DNA of 64,000 nucleotides, from the IMG/VR virus record IMGVR_UViG_3300037264_008423, positions 62,001 through 126,000 of that record; one strand, 5' to 3'. This document shows, piece after piece, positions 56,354-64,000 of the stretch. The notes under the pieces were generated by a model. The model did not search any database. It saw only the letters and a program-made list of their open reading frames with translations, and had not been told where the DNA came from. Numbering within the stretch: the stretch's first letter is position 1; every line of letters begins with the position of its first letter. The position numbers and the translations under genes were made by a program.

Positions 56354-56842
56354 TCAGATATTTTCGCCGCTCTGGCTTGTGGCTCCCTCCGGGGGCGCGA
56401 CGAAAACGCCGACCTGCCTGTGGGTGATTCCGTGGCACGCGAACAGCGTGGCGGCGAGCAGGTTGTTTACGGCCATTGTTTGCTCTTTTCCTTCGGGCAC
56501 GATCTGAACGAGGACTTGGGCGACTTGTTGGCATAGGTTTTGAACGAGTCGGCACTTTTCGGTTTGGGACTGGTCCGGGGGCGGGTGAAAAGTGAACGTT
56601 TCATCGACCTCCATTAAGGCGGCACTGATATCAATGGGTTCGCGCACGACAGCTTCATCTTGTTTAGTCATGCCTTCCAGAACGGAATGCGCCGCTTCCC
56701 GCACACCGGTAATTTGGCGGGTGAGCAGGCAGTCTTTGCCGTTCGCAATGATCAGGTGGTAGGATTCACAGTCGCCTTGGCCGATTCGGGTAAAATAGGC
56801 CGAGACGGAGCCGAGTAATTTAACTTTTCCGAGCATTTTCAT
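56354..56842 (-). CDS. Hypothetical protein with a C-terminal Acb2/Tad1-like helical-hairpin domain
   Basis: FTFHPP...VPEGKEQTMAVNNLLAATLFA resembles the FTYHPP...SRE.SLA.T.LEEA.MWA family. Confidence 0.4.
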   Translation of the reverse strand: MKMLGKVKLLGSVSAYFTRIGQGDCESYHLIIANGKDCLLTRQITGVREAAHSVLEGMTKQDEAVVREPIDISAALMEVDETFTFHPPPDQSQTEKCRLVQNLCQQVAQVLVQIVPEGKEQTMAVNNLLAATLFACHGITHRQVGVFVAPPEGATSQSGENI

Positions 56843-58902
56843 ACTTTAAAGCTTTTAACCCGCGTGTAGCCGGGAGGCAATGGAATGTCCACCAGGGGCG
56901 CTTCCTGGACGAAGCCCTCCAGGTTGTGCGTGGTGTGGATGCGCGGGTTATTCGGTGAGAGCATGGTGACTTTTTCGTCGGAGTTGATGGCGTTATTATA
57001 GGACCCGGCGCAGGCATCCGTGGTGTCCTTGCTCCCGTTGGGCGGGTGGTCCACCTTTTTGTCGGTATCCAGGAGATTTTCCGCCTCGTGCATCAGGTGA
57101 CGGTGCCGGTAGGGGCGCAGGCGCAATTCTTCCGCCGCCATGCGCCAGTTGGTGTAGGCGTCTTTGTTCCGGTCGATGCTCTGCTTGTCCACTTTAAAGC
57201 CACGAGCTTCCAGCATTTGGAGCGACATTTCACTCTGAAACTGGTCAAAGGTAACCAGTCCGAAGTTGTAGCCGCACTTGGTATTGAGCCAGAGCAAAAA
57301 GTTTTGGATCTTTTCGAGCGAGATGGGCTTGACCTGACCGGCCACGATGGTCAGGATGAAGTCATACTCCACGATCAGCCGGTATTCGGAAAAAGGGATG
57401 CCTTTGCTGAGCAGGTTTTCAATGAGGGTTGCCCCCACCAGGTGACAGATCGATAGCCCGGCCATGTTTTGCGTGGCCAGGTCGATGTGGGCGTAGCGCA
57501 GCGAGTAGGGATGGCGCTTGGGAATAATTTGCGACTGGACCATCGTGCAAAACACCCGGTGATCCAGGTAATCCCACAGGTTCATGGAGTCCTCCATTGA
57601 AAGCGGCAGCATTTCCTGGCCGCCTTTGACCGGGCAGACCACGCCGTCGCGCTCGGCCAGCTCCACGCAGCGTTCAAAGTCCACCATCGTGGCAAACCAG
57701 CGGTTGACGCCGCCCGTGGAGATGCCGCACACGTCCCGCAGGGCGTTCAGGGGACGGCGCTTAAATTCCTGGAAATACATCTCCGGCACGAGTTCCGTGC
57801 GCGCCCCGGAAGCGGGGGTCTCGTGAATTTCGGTGCCGGTCTCCCGGCCATCCTCGTCATACCACCCCGACAGGATCATGGGCGGAATGTTTTTCAGGCC
57901 GTAGGCGACGCGGAACCAGCGTGGACCCAGTTGCAGCGTGTGCCGCTTAATTTTGTAAACACTATTGCGATAGACCCGCTGGGTGCCGGGGTCGTTGACC
58001 GCCTCGATTTCCTTGATGATGACTTCCGTAAACGAGGATTCGTCTTTAGCTGACGAGGCCAGGATGGAAATGGCAGGCAGGAATCCGGCGACTTTCCGAA
58101 AGCGGTTGTTAATACGGTTGCGAACTTCGTTGTAAAGCTCGTAGGCTTTCGTGTCCGGCTCGGCTTCTAAGCGCCAGTTTCCCTCGTCCAGCCCCACTCC
58201 GATCACATTGCGTCCGATCAAGTGCTGGCCTTTGGAACCAGCGGTGAGCCAGATGGCGTTTTTGAGCGGAATGCGAAAGTTGGTATAGCTGTTGTCCGGG
58301 CTATACTGGCACTCCTCCGTAAAATAAGGCGAATTGGCCATGAAGTTCATGGCGTCTCCAAAAGCGGTTTCAATGACCGCCGCTTTGGTCACCGACAGAA
58401 GATTGAAGATGATTTTGGTGCCTTTGGTCAGGCCAAAGAAGTTGTGCGGGTTGCGCAGCAGCGTGGCGATTAAGACCCGGTAGAGCAAGATCGTCACCAT
58501 GACGAAGGTTTTGCCGATTCCCAGGGAGCCGGTGATGACGCAGTTGTGGATGGCGCTGTCGTAGTTGAAGTCCCGGCACAGGATCTCTTTCCAGGAGGGG
58601 AAGAGGCCCTCCGAGTCTTGACTCTTGACCATGAGCGCGCCCAGGTAGTAGGGGTCCTCCAGGAAATCCTGCATGGAAGGGGGCTTTTCCGCGTAGTCGG
58701 CCACGTTAAGCTGTTGGAGCAACTCCGAGTCCCCGGACTGCCGGAACTGGCTGAGCATGTCCTCCCATACCTGTCGGCCATAGGGGGACAGGGACTTTAG
58801 CATGGCGTCGATATTTTCGCTCTGCAATCCCTGGGTGAGCACGTCTTCAACCTGCTCTGTCAGAGTCTTTTTGTTTACGTTAGCGTTGTCTATCACCGGC
58901 AT
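56839..58902 (-). CDS. terL: Terminase large subunit
   Basis: Walker A ITGSLGIGKT, Walker B VGLDE, nuclease AHIDLA, VTFDQFQS, C-terminal VDHPPNGSKDTTDA. 687 aa from ATG 58902. Confidence 0.9.
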   Translation of the reverse strand: MPVIDNANVNKKTLTEQVEDVLTQGLQSENIDAMLKSLSPYGRQVWEDMLSQFRQSGDSELLQQLNVADYAEKPPSMQDFLEDPYYLGALMVKSQDSEGLFPSWKEILCRDFNYDSAIHNCVITGSLGIGKTFVMVTILLYRVLIATLLRNPHNFFGLTKGTKIIFNLLSVTKAAVIETAFGDAMNFMANSPYFTEECQYSPDNSYTNFRIPLKNAIWLTAGSKGQHLIGRNVIGVGLDEGNWRLEAEPDTKAYELYNEVRNRINNRFRKVAGFLPAISILASSAKDESSFTEVIIKEIEAVNDPGTQRVYRNSVYKIKRHTLQLGPRWFRVAYGLKNIPPMILSGWYDEDGRETGTEIHETPASGARTELVPEMYFQEFKRRPLNALRDVCGISTGGVNRWFATMVDFERCVELAERDGVVCPVKGGQEMLPLSMEDSMNLWDYLDHRVFCTMVQSQIIPKRHPYSLRYAHIDLATQNMAGLSICHLVGATLIENLLSKGIPFSEYRLIVEYDFILTIVAGQVKPISLEKIQNFLLWLNTKCGYNFGLVTFDQFQSEMSLQMLEARGFKVDKQSIDRNKDAYTNWRMAAEELRLRPYRHRHLMHEAENLLDTDKKVDHPPNGSKDTTDACAGSYNNAINSDEKVTMLSPNNPRIHTTHNLEGFVQEAPLVDIPLPPGYTRVKSFKV

Positions 58903-58923
58903 ATGTAGCTTAAGAACAGAGCT

Positions 58924-59307
58924 ATGAAAGCGACTTTGGCTATTCTTAAGCACCTTTTAGAGGACGACGAAGAAGATTTTGACCTGAAAGACCTGGCGGA
59001 CACCCCGCCGTGCCCTGTGTTTGCGCTCGTCGATGGACTTACCGGCTTTGCTGACCCCATCGGCAGCGCCATTTACCGCAATTGGAAGATTTATTACGAC
59101 AGCCGTCCCAATGATGCTTACGAAATCGACTGGATTCGCTACAACCACACCCCCAATAAGACCTACAGTCGGCGGAGCCAGCGCCGGTTTGAGCAGGCGG
59201 TCCTGGACCGGGGCGGGGGAGGCCGCCTTGAAATCAAAGTGCTGGACGGCACCCTGGGGCCGCACCGGTGGAGTGTGCGCGTGCAGAGTTCCGGTTCTTG
59301 CGCGTGA
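58924..59307 (+). CDS. Small protein with an N-terminal acidic tag
   Basis: ILKHLLEDDEEDFDLKDL. Confidence 0.65.
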   Translation: MKATLAILKHLLEDDEEDFDLKDLADTPPCPVFALVDGLTGFADPIGSAIYRNWKIYYDSRPNDAYEIDWIRYNHTPNKTYSRRSQRRFEQAVLDRGGGGRLEIKVLDGTLGPHRWSVRVQSSGSCA

Positions 59308-59822
59308 TGGCAAAGTCAGAAAAAAAGCGTAAGAGCCGCAAGAGCCGCGCCGGGCAGGAGAAGTGTGCGACGAAGTGGTGCCGCAACCGGCGCGCCGCCA
59401 AAGTGACCCGCTACGTGAGCGCCTCCGGCAAGACCAAGGTTTACCATAATTTTCTGCGCCACTGCTGGAAGTGCCGCTCGCGCATGTTGAGGGAGAGCCA
59501 ACCGGCCACATACGTCCTTAATGCCATCCGAAACCGGGCCAGGCAACGGGGGCTGCCTTTTACGATTACCCTCCCGGAGTTCAGGAAATTTTGCGCCGAA
59601 ACAAACTATTTGGAGTTGCGTGGACGCAAGCCGGATAGCTTGTCCATCGACCGGAAAAATCACGACCAGGGCTACCATATTTGGAACATCCGGGTGTCTC
59701 CCTTTAATCTAAACTGCACCAACGGGCATACCGTGTCCGGTCGCGTGTGCGCCCAAAATGAGCGCGTGCCCGAGGAGTGTGACTACGCCGTGCCTACCGA
59801 TCCCGACACCGAACCTTTTTAA
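59307..59822 (+). CDS. HNH-like nuclease-domain protein
   Basis: CATKWC and CWKC zinc sites; SLSIDRKNHDQGYHIWNIRV. Confidence 0.55.
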   Translation: MAKSEKKRKSRKSRAGQEKCATKWCRNRRAAKVTRYVSASGKTKVYHNFLRHCWKCRSRMLRESQPATYVLNAIRNRARQRGLPFTITLPEFRKFCAETNYLELRGRKPDSLSIDRKNHDQGYHIWNIRVSPFNLNCTNGHTVSGRVCAQNERVPEECDYAVPTDPDTEPF

Positions 59823-60175
59823 GCCAGATCCGGCCCGAAAGGCTTTTCCACCGGGTGGAGCGCCAGCAGGTGATACGGCGGTTAAGCGGGGCTGAGTGGC
59901 GCGCGGCTAAGACGGGCGGCAAGGTGAATCGGTGCTTGTGCAGACAGGCCGCAATGCCGTCCAGGCTGGGCTGCTGGTTGACCATGCGCAAGAAGTCACG
60001 TTCCCACTCGTTCAGATACTTCTGGTAGGCTTTCGTCAATAGACGAGCATTGTGAACAGGCTCTAGCTGGATAGGGTCGCTGTCCCTGTCGCTGAGCGTG
60101 GAATCGTAGTTGGCGGTGATGTAGTGGACTGACGTGTAAGTAGTGAGTTTCGGTGAGATTCCAGATACCATAAGA

Positions 60176-61018
60176 CTATTGACTTGCGCCAGGAGTGTCC
60201 TCTTGCTGAACCAGTTCAACGGTTTCGGTGGTAGTGCGCGTGACTTTGGCGACCATCTGCTGGACTTTGTAGCCCAGCTTGCGCAAGATTTCGCGCTCTT
60301 GCGGAGCCGCATCCGCGAATTTGTGTTGCAGTTCCTTGCGGTGGAGCTGGGTCGGCAAATTGCTCTTGCTGACCAACTCATGGGGTTCACGGCTTACCGC
60401 GTCCACCGCGCCCCTCTTGCCACGGCGGCCAAATAGCTTGTCCAGCTCACTATTGAAGTAAGCCTGGATGGCCATACCCTCGGTCACCGTTACGTCGGAC
60501 CGGCGCTGGCAGCTATGCAGGAAATCCTCGAATTTAGCGCGGCTCTTGAACATTTCCAGCATGCGCTCATCGTCCAGGACATCGGTTAGAGCCGACATAA
60601 GTTCGCGGCGGTCCTCCCTGCCGGTCAGGTGGACCGTGACATCCGCCATATGGGGTGTTACGTCCTGGCCGGTTCTAAAGCCCTCCGACAAGTTGGACAT
60701 GACCCTAAGCGCCCCGTTGCTGGTATCAGGTTGAGCGCCCTTCATATCGGCTAACTGCCGGAGCATGACGGTCAAAACGTGCGGGTTGGAGGATGCCAGC
60801 AGTTCCAGCGGACTGATGGGCTGGAAGGGCAGAGGCACGGGCACCCGGCTGCCATTTTCAATCAGCTCCAGGTCAGCGGCCAGGGGTTGAGCCGGGGGCG
60901 GCGGAGGCGGTGGGGCGGGTTCTTCGATATCCGAGGGCGGGACAATAGGCTTAGCTGGCGGCTGGGGTTTGGTCCAGGCCGCTTGCAGCACCGGCGCTTC
61001 GATTGGCAGCTTGGTCAT
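60176..61018 (-). CDS. Hypothetical protein (Pro-rich N-terminus, helical core)
   Basis: 280-aa ORF. Confidence 0.65.
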   Translation of the reverse strand: MTKLPIEAPVLQAAWTKPQPPAKPIVPPSDIEEPAPPPPPPPAQPLAADLELIENGSRVPVPLPFQPISPLELLASSNPHVLTVMLRQLADMKGAQPDTSNGALRVMSNLSEGFRTGQDVTPHMADVTVHLTGREDRRELMSALTDVLDDERMLEMFKSRAKFEDFLHSCQRRSDVTVTEGMAIQAYFNSELDKLFGRRGKRGAVDAVSREPHELVSKSNLPTQLHRKELQHKFADAAPQEREILRKLGYKVQQMVAKVTRTTTETVELVQQEDTPGASQ

Positions 61019-61680
61019 GGCTGAGTTCCGTTTGGTCTTACGCCGTGGAGCTTTTGAGCCATGTCGTCATACGCTTTTAAGGCGACATTTAAATCGGTTG
61101 AAGTGCAGATGAGTTTACTTCTTCCATTTACAGTTATACACGCTCGCCATCGGTCAGTTTTGCCCGGATGGTGCTTATGGGACCATTTTGATATGCCTCT
61201 GTAAACAATTCCATCCCTAGTTTTTGGAAACCAGCCATTTGGCATTGGTTTCCGGCCAAAATTTCTCCGTTTGGACCGGTTAGCATAGAGTCCATCACGC
61301 CATGCGGACCTCACTCTATCTGATACTCTCTGTTTCGACTCAGGTTTCAGAGTTCTGCCCAAAAAAGCGTGCGATGCTATGTTAAACAAGTTGCTGAGAC
61401 CGTATTTGTTAATTGTTTCACTTTCAACTTTAAACGCGACATCTTCCTCGCTAGTTTCAAATATTATTCGCGGATAAAAGTCTTTTCCGTCTATGAGCAG
61501 TTGGCGGAGTTTGGTCCACAAGTGCCGAGGATACCCGGTTGTTGGGCGCAAAAAAGCTCTGCGCCTATGCTCATAGGCTCTTCTGCCTTTGCCCTTGCCA
61601 ACGTAGCAGACTTTTTCGTCCGGCGTGACTACAAGTTCGTAAGCATAGAACACACCGTCACCCCAGTAGGTTTTTAACAA
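61015..61680 (-). CDS. GIY-YIG homing endonuclease with C-terminal AP2-like domain
   Basis: FYAYEL...CYVGKG.G.RAYEH...E...I...G..NLFN; C-terminal YRGIS...WRACITVNG...ALKAYD. Confidence 0.8.
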   Translation of the reverse strand: MLKTYWGDGVFYAYELVVTPDEKVCYVGKGKGRRAYEHRRRAFLRPTTGYPRHLWTKLRQLLIDGKDFYPRIIFETSEEDVAFKVESETINKYGLSNLFNIASHAFLGRTLKPESKQRVSDRVRSAWRDGLYANRSKRRNFGRKPMPNGWFPKTRDGIVYRGISKWSHKHHPGKTDRWRACITVNGRSKLICTSTDLNVALKAYDDMAQKLHGVRPNGTQP

Positions 61681-61858
61681 CCTTGGCTGGCTGAGTCGCT
61701 GGCTTACCGGATTCAGTCACAGGGCGTTTTTGGTTGACCTGATCCGCTTCTTTTTGAGCGTCTTCTAGCTTTTCGTGAAGCTGACCGGATACGCGCTTGC
61801 CGTCCTGGACTACTACGTTTTTTCCGTCGTCCTTATGCATATTAATCATGAACCGCAT
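61658..61858 (-). CDS. Small hypothetical protein
   Basis: 66 aa ending KNLLG. Confidence 0.55.
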   Translation of the reverse strand: MRFMINMHKDDGKNVVVQDGKRVSGQLHEKLEDAQKEADQVNQKRPVTESGKPATQPAKVVKNLLG

Positions 61859-61865
61859 TACCGCT

Positions 61866-62900
61866 TTAGAACAAATACTGTAGAACAGAAGCGGGTAGCT
61901 CGCTTGAAACTTTATTTTGTTTACTTAACTCATTCCACCGTCGCAGATAAGTGTCCTTCGCGGGTGAAGGCTCCTTAGTGTAAATGGACAAAAGATGGCG
62001 CGCCGCTTCATATTGCGTTCGGTGCCGCGCCAGTGACTTATTCGAGGAGCTGCGCGCAATCCACGGAAATTCCGCGTGCAGTTGGCGCAGGACTTCAACT
62101 CGCGGGGCGTTTTCGGGCGCTTCCCGCCGGATGTCACCCAAGAAATGGCCGTCCGTCGTGCCCACCAGGTAGTAGCCTACCCAGTCGGGATCGGGCTGGT
62201 AAAGAACGAAAGGGTCGTCCATGTCTTTGGGTTCAAAGTCCTCCTCCGCCTCGCGGAGGCCAGCGCGGGTGCGCGGGTCCCAGGAAACCTTGGAATAGCG
62301 ACCGGCTTGGGACTGGTTGAGCAGCTTGCGCAGCTTTTCGTGCTTGGCCTTAAGCCGGTCCACCTGTTTATAGTCCGGCAAACCTACCGCTGTGCCGGTA
62401 TCCGCAGTCGAGGGGGCCGGGGCGGAAGGTTCGCCATTGGTGCCGTCCGAAAAGTCGGAAGTGCTGTTACTGAGATACTCGGTGACCCGGCGCTTGCGCC
62501 GTTTATTGCCGTGGTAAGTCCAGCCGGGAAACTGGCGGTGAAACGCGATTCGGCGGTCCATTTCCTCCCGGTCCTCAGCCCTTCTGCGTCGCAGGTAAGC
62601 TTTGCGGCGGACTTCCTGCGCCCAGTAGGTCAAGGGTCTGCCCACCCGCACTCGTCCCCAGCGATCTTTGTAGATGGGCATGCTATCCGCTTCCCACCGG
62701 TTTTTCTCCGCCCCCTGCTTGCCGAAAATTCCAGAATAGCTTTGACGGTCGTGGTGTTCAAGGGTGTCAAAGATCCAGGCGCGCGCTTCTGACTCGGACG
62801 CGAAGTTTCGGCTACGGGCGTAGCGCGACCACCACTTCACCGTGTCCTCCGGGAGAATCGAATCCGGGTAAATTTCTTTAAAATCGTCTAGTTCGTCCAT
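61866..62900 (-). CDS. Modular protein with acidic tags
   Basis: MDELDDFKEI and GLREAEEDFEPKDM. Confidence 0.65.
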   Translation of the reverse strand: MDELDDFKEIYPDSILPEDTVKWWSRYARSRNFASESEARAWIFDTLEHHDRQSYSGIFGKQGAEKNRWEADSMPIYKDRWGRVRVGRPLTYWAQEVRRKAYLRRRRAEDREEMDRRIAFHRQFPGWTYHGNKRRKRRVTEYLSNSTSDFSDGTNGEPSAPAPSTADTGTAVGLPDYKQVDRLKAKHEKLRKLLNQSQAGRYSKVSWDPRTRAGLREAEEDFEPKDMDDPFVLYQPDPDWVGYYLVGTTDGHFLGDIRREAPENAPRVEVLRQLHAEFPWIARSSSNKSLARHRTQYEAARHLLSIYTKEPSPAKDTYLRRWNELSKQNKVSSELPASVLQYLF

Positions 62901-63607
62901 TATCCGGGTGGGTTAGGGGGTAGTTGCGGAATCTGCGGCGCTCGGCCCAGGTCGGGCACGGTTCCGCCGCCGCCAGGGGTGTCGGTAAAAGGACGGGCCG
63001 AGGCCAGTTCGTTGATATTGTCGATGGCACCCTGGACCTCATTACGCTTGTTGCGCATGGCACTATTGAGGACTTGGGTGTTGCTGCCGACCACGTTGCG
63101 GGTATAGTCGTCGAACTCCTTCTTGAAGTCGGTATCCGCGATTTCAGCCACAAAGTTCACCGCCTGCTCGGCGGAGCGACAGGCTTGCTGCAAGCATTGA
63201 AAATACTGCTCCCCCTGCGCCAAAATGTCGTTGACCCGACCCTGCACTTTATCGAGCTGCGCTTGGAGCTTGCCCATCCGCACCCAGGGGTGCTTTAAGA
63301 GTTGGTCGGTGAGCCGGGTGTAGGCGGCGGCAACCTGGGCCTGCAATCTCACAATGTCCTCGGTGGAGGGATTTTTGGGCAGGTTCAAAAACGGACACGC
63401 GCTGACTAAATTAGTATAGGCATCCAAGTTAACGAGGTATAGTGGAACTAAAGCGCCAATATCGGGAATAAATCCGCTCAGGTCGCCGATTTGCTCTAGC
63501 AGTTCAGCTAATCGACGCAGGGCATTAAACTTGCGGTTGATGAGCTTGACCGCTTCGTAGTAGTTATTGGCCAGGAAGTTGGTTAAAGCGCAGGGATTAA
63601 GAGCCAT
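62900..63607 (-). CDS. Hypothetical helical protein
   Basis: 235-aa ORF. Confidence 0.65.
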   Translation of the reverse strand: MALNPCALTNFLANNYYEAVKLINRKFNALRRLAELLEQIGDLSGFIPDIGALVPLYLVNLDAYTNLVSACPFLNLPKNPSTEDIVRLQAQVAAAYTRLTDQLLKHPWVRMGKLQAQLDKVQGRVNDILAQGEQYFQCLQQACRSAEQAVNFVAEIADTDFKKEFDDYTRNVVGSNTQVLNSAMRNKRNEVQGAIDNINELASARPFTDTPGGGGTVPDLGRAPQIPQLPPNPPG

Positions 63608-63706
63608 AGGATAAATCGGCGAGCGCGGAATTAAGCCTATTCCAAGTTAGTAGCGGCATGCCCTTTTCTGCTTCAACGGGGCCGCGCTCGCCTAAATGTT
63701 TACAGT

Positions 63707-64000
63707 TTATTGCCATGTTCCTGGGTTTGTCAACACCATGCGATCAATGTAGGCCGTGACTGTGGCTGCGTCCGCGTCGATGGCATACTGCTCCAGGTAG
63801 GCTTGCATCCGGGACTCGGCCAGCCCTTGCTGGCGTAGCGTCCACCAGTTTTTGACCCAATCAAAGCGGCCTAGCTCGTTTTCGATGAAGTCATAGGCGA
63901 TGTCTTGCAGATCTTCCGGGTCGTCATCCTCCAGCAGGACTTCCACCAGGGATTGCGCCGCCTCCCGTATTGTCCGCGCCTCGGCGGCGCGGCGCATACG
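63707..64000 (-). CDS. Hypothetical protein with an LLE-acidic motif; may start beyond the window
   Basis: EVLLEDDDPEDLQDI; frame open to the window edge. Confidence 0.55.
   Translation of the reverse strand, partial: RMRRAAEARTIREAAQSLVEVLLEDDDPEDLQDIAYDFIENELGRFDWVKNWWTLRQQGLAESRMQAYLEQYAIDADAATVTAYIDRMVLTNPGTWQ

Noticed and set aside
59843-59854. CTTTTCCACCGG shared with spacer 3
   Set aside because: 12-nt internal match with mismatching flanks; not significant.
60176-61018. Possible terminase small subunit
   Set aside because: Only positional support (about 1.3 kb upstream of terL on the same strand); no recognisable motif.
62908-62927. Gapped similarity to the 5' end of spacer 3 on the minus strand
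   Set aside because: About 12/15 identity in a low-complexity G run; chance level.
55961-63646. 12-bp GCCTATTCCAAG present in two intergenic regions in opposite orientation
   Set aside because: Hundreds of 12-bp coincidences are expected in 64 kb; no further shared context.
1-64000. tRNA/rRNA genes, alternative genetic code, diversity-generating retroelement
   Set aside because: No cloverleaf with T-loop GTTCGA and acceptor stem seen; long ORFs read cleanly with TAG/TGA as stops; no reverse transcriptase or template/variable repeat pair recognised.

Overview
64-kb fragment of a large tailed-phage (jumbo-phage-like, probably myovirus) genome, read in standard code 11. It carries a terminase large subunit, virion/baseplate/tail-fibre-like genes, a T4-gp21-like prohead-protease paralogue, several free-standing homing endonucleases, a PurA/PurZ-family enzyme, glycosyl- and methyltransferases, a truncated intein-containing helicase and many small hypothetical genes. 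Two systems stand out. (1) A minimal phage CRISPR locus at 15294-18453: a 563-aa TnpB/Cas12-like protein whose RuvC catalytic motifs appear lost, an overlapping 227-aa partner gene, a structured tracr-like intergenic region, a 9-repeat array (36-bp repeat) with atypical repeats and short spacers, and a 17-nt perfect anti-repeat. A delocalised repeat copy lies inside a separate ~185-nt folded element 7.7 kb away (10037-10221). No cas1/cas2 or tns genes are in the window. (2) Seven modular ORFs share about 25 copies of an xxE-(S/A)-acidic-F-D/E-x-K-D-L tag that separates small cargo domains (Nudix, GNAT, ADP-ribosyltransferase-like, HExxH zincin). These look like protease-processed, capsid-packaged polyproteins. 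All family assignments come from motif recognition by eye; no database search was run.
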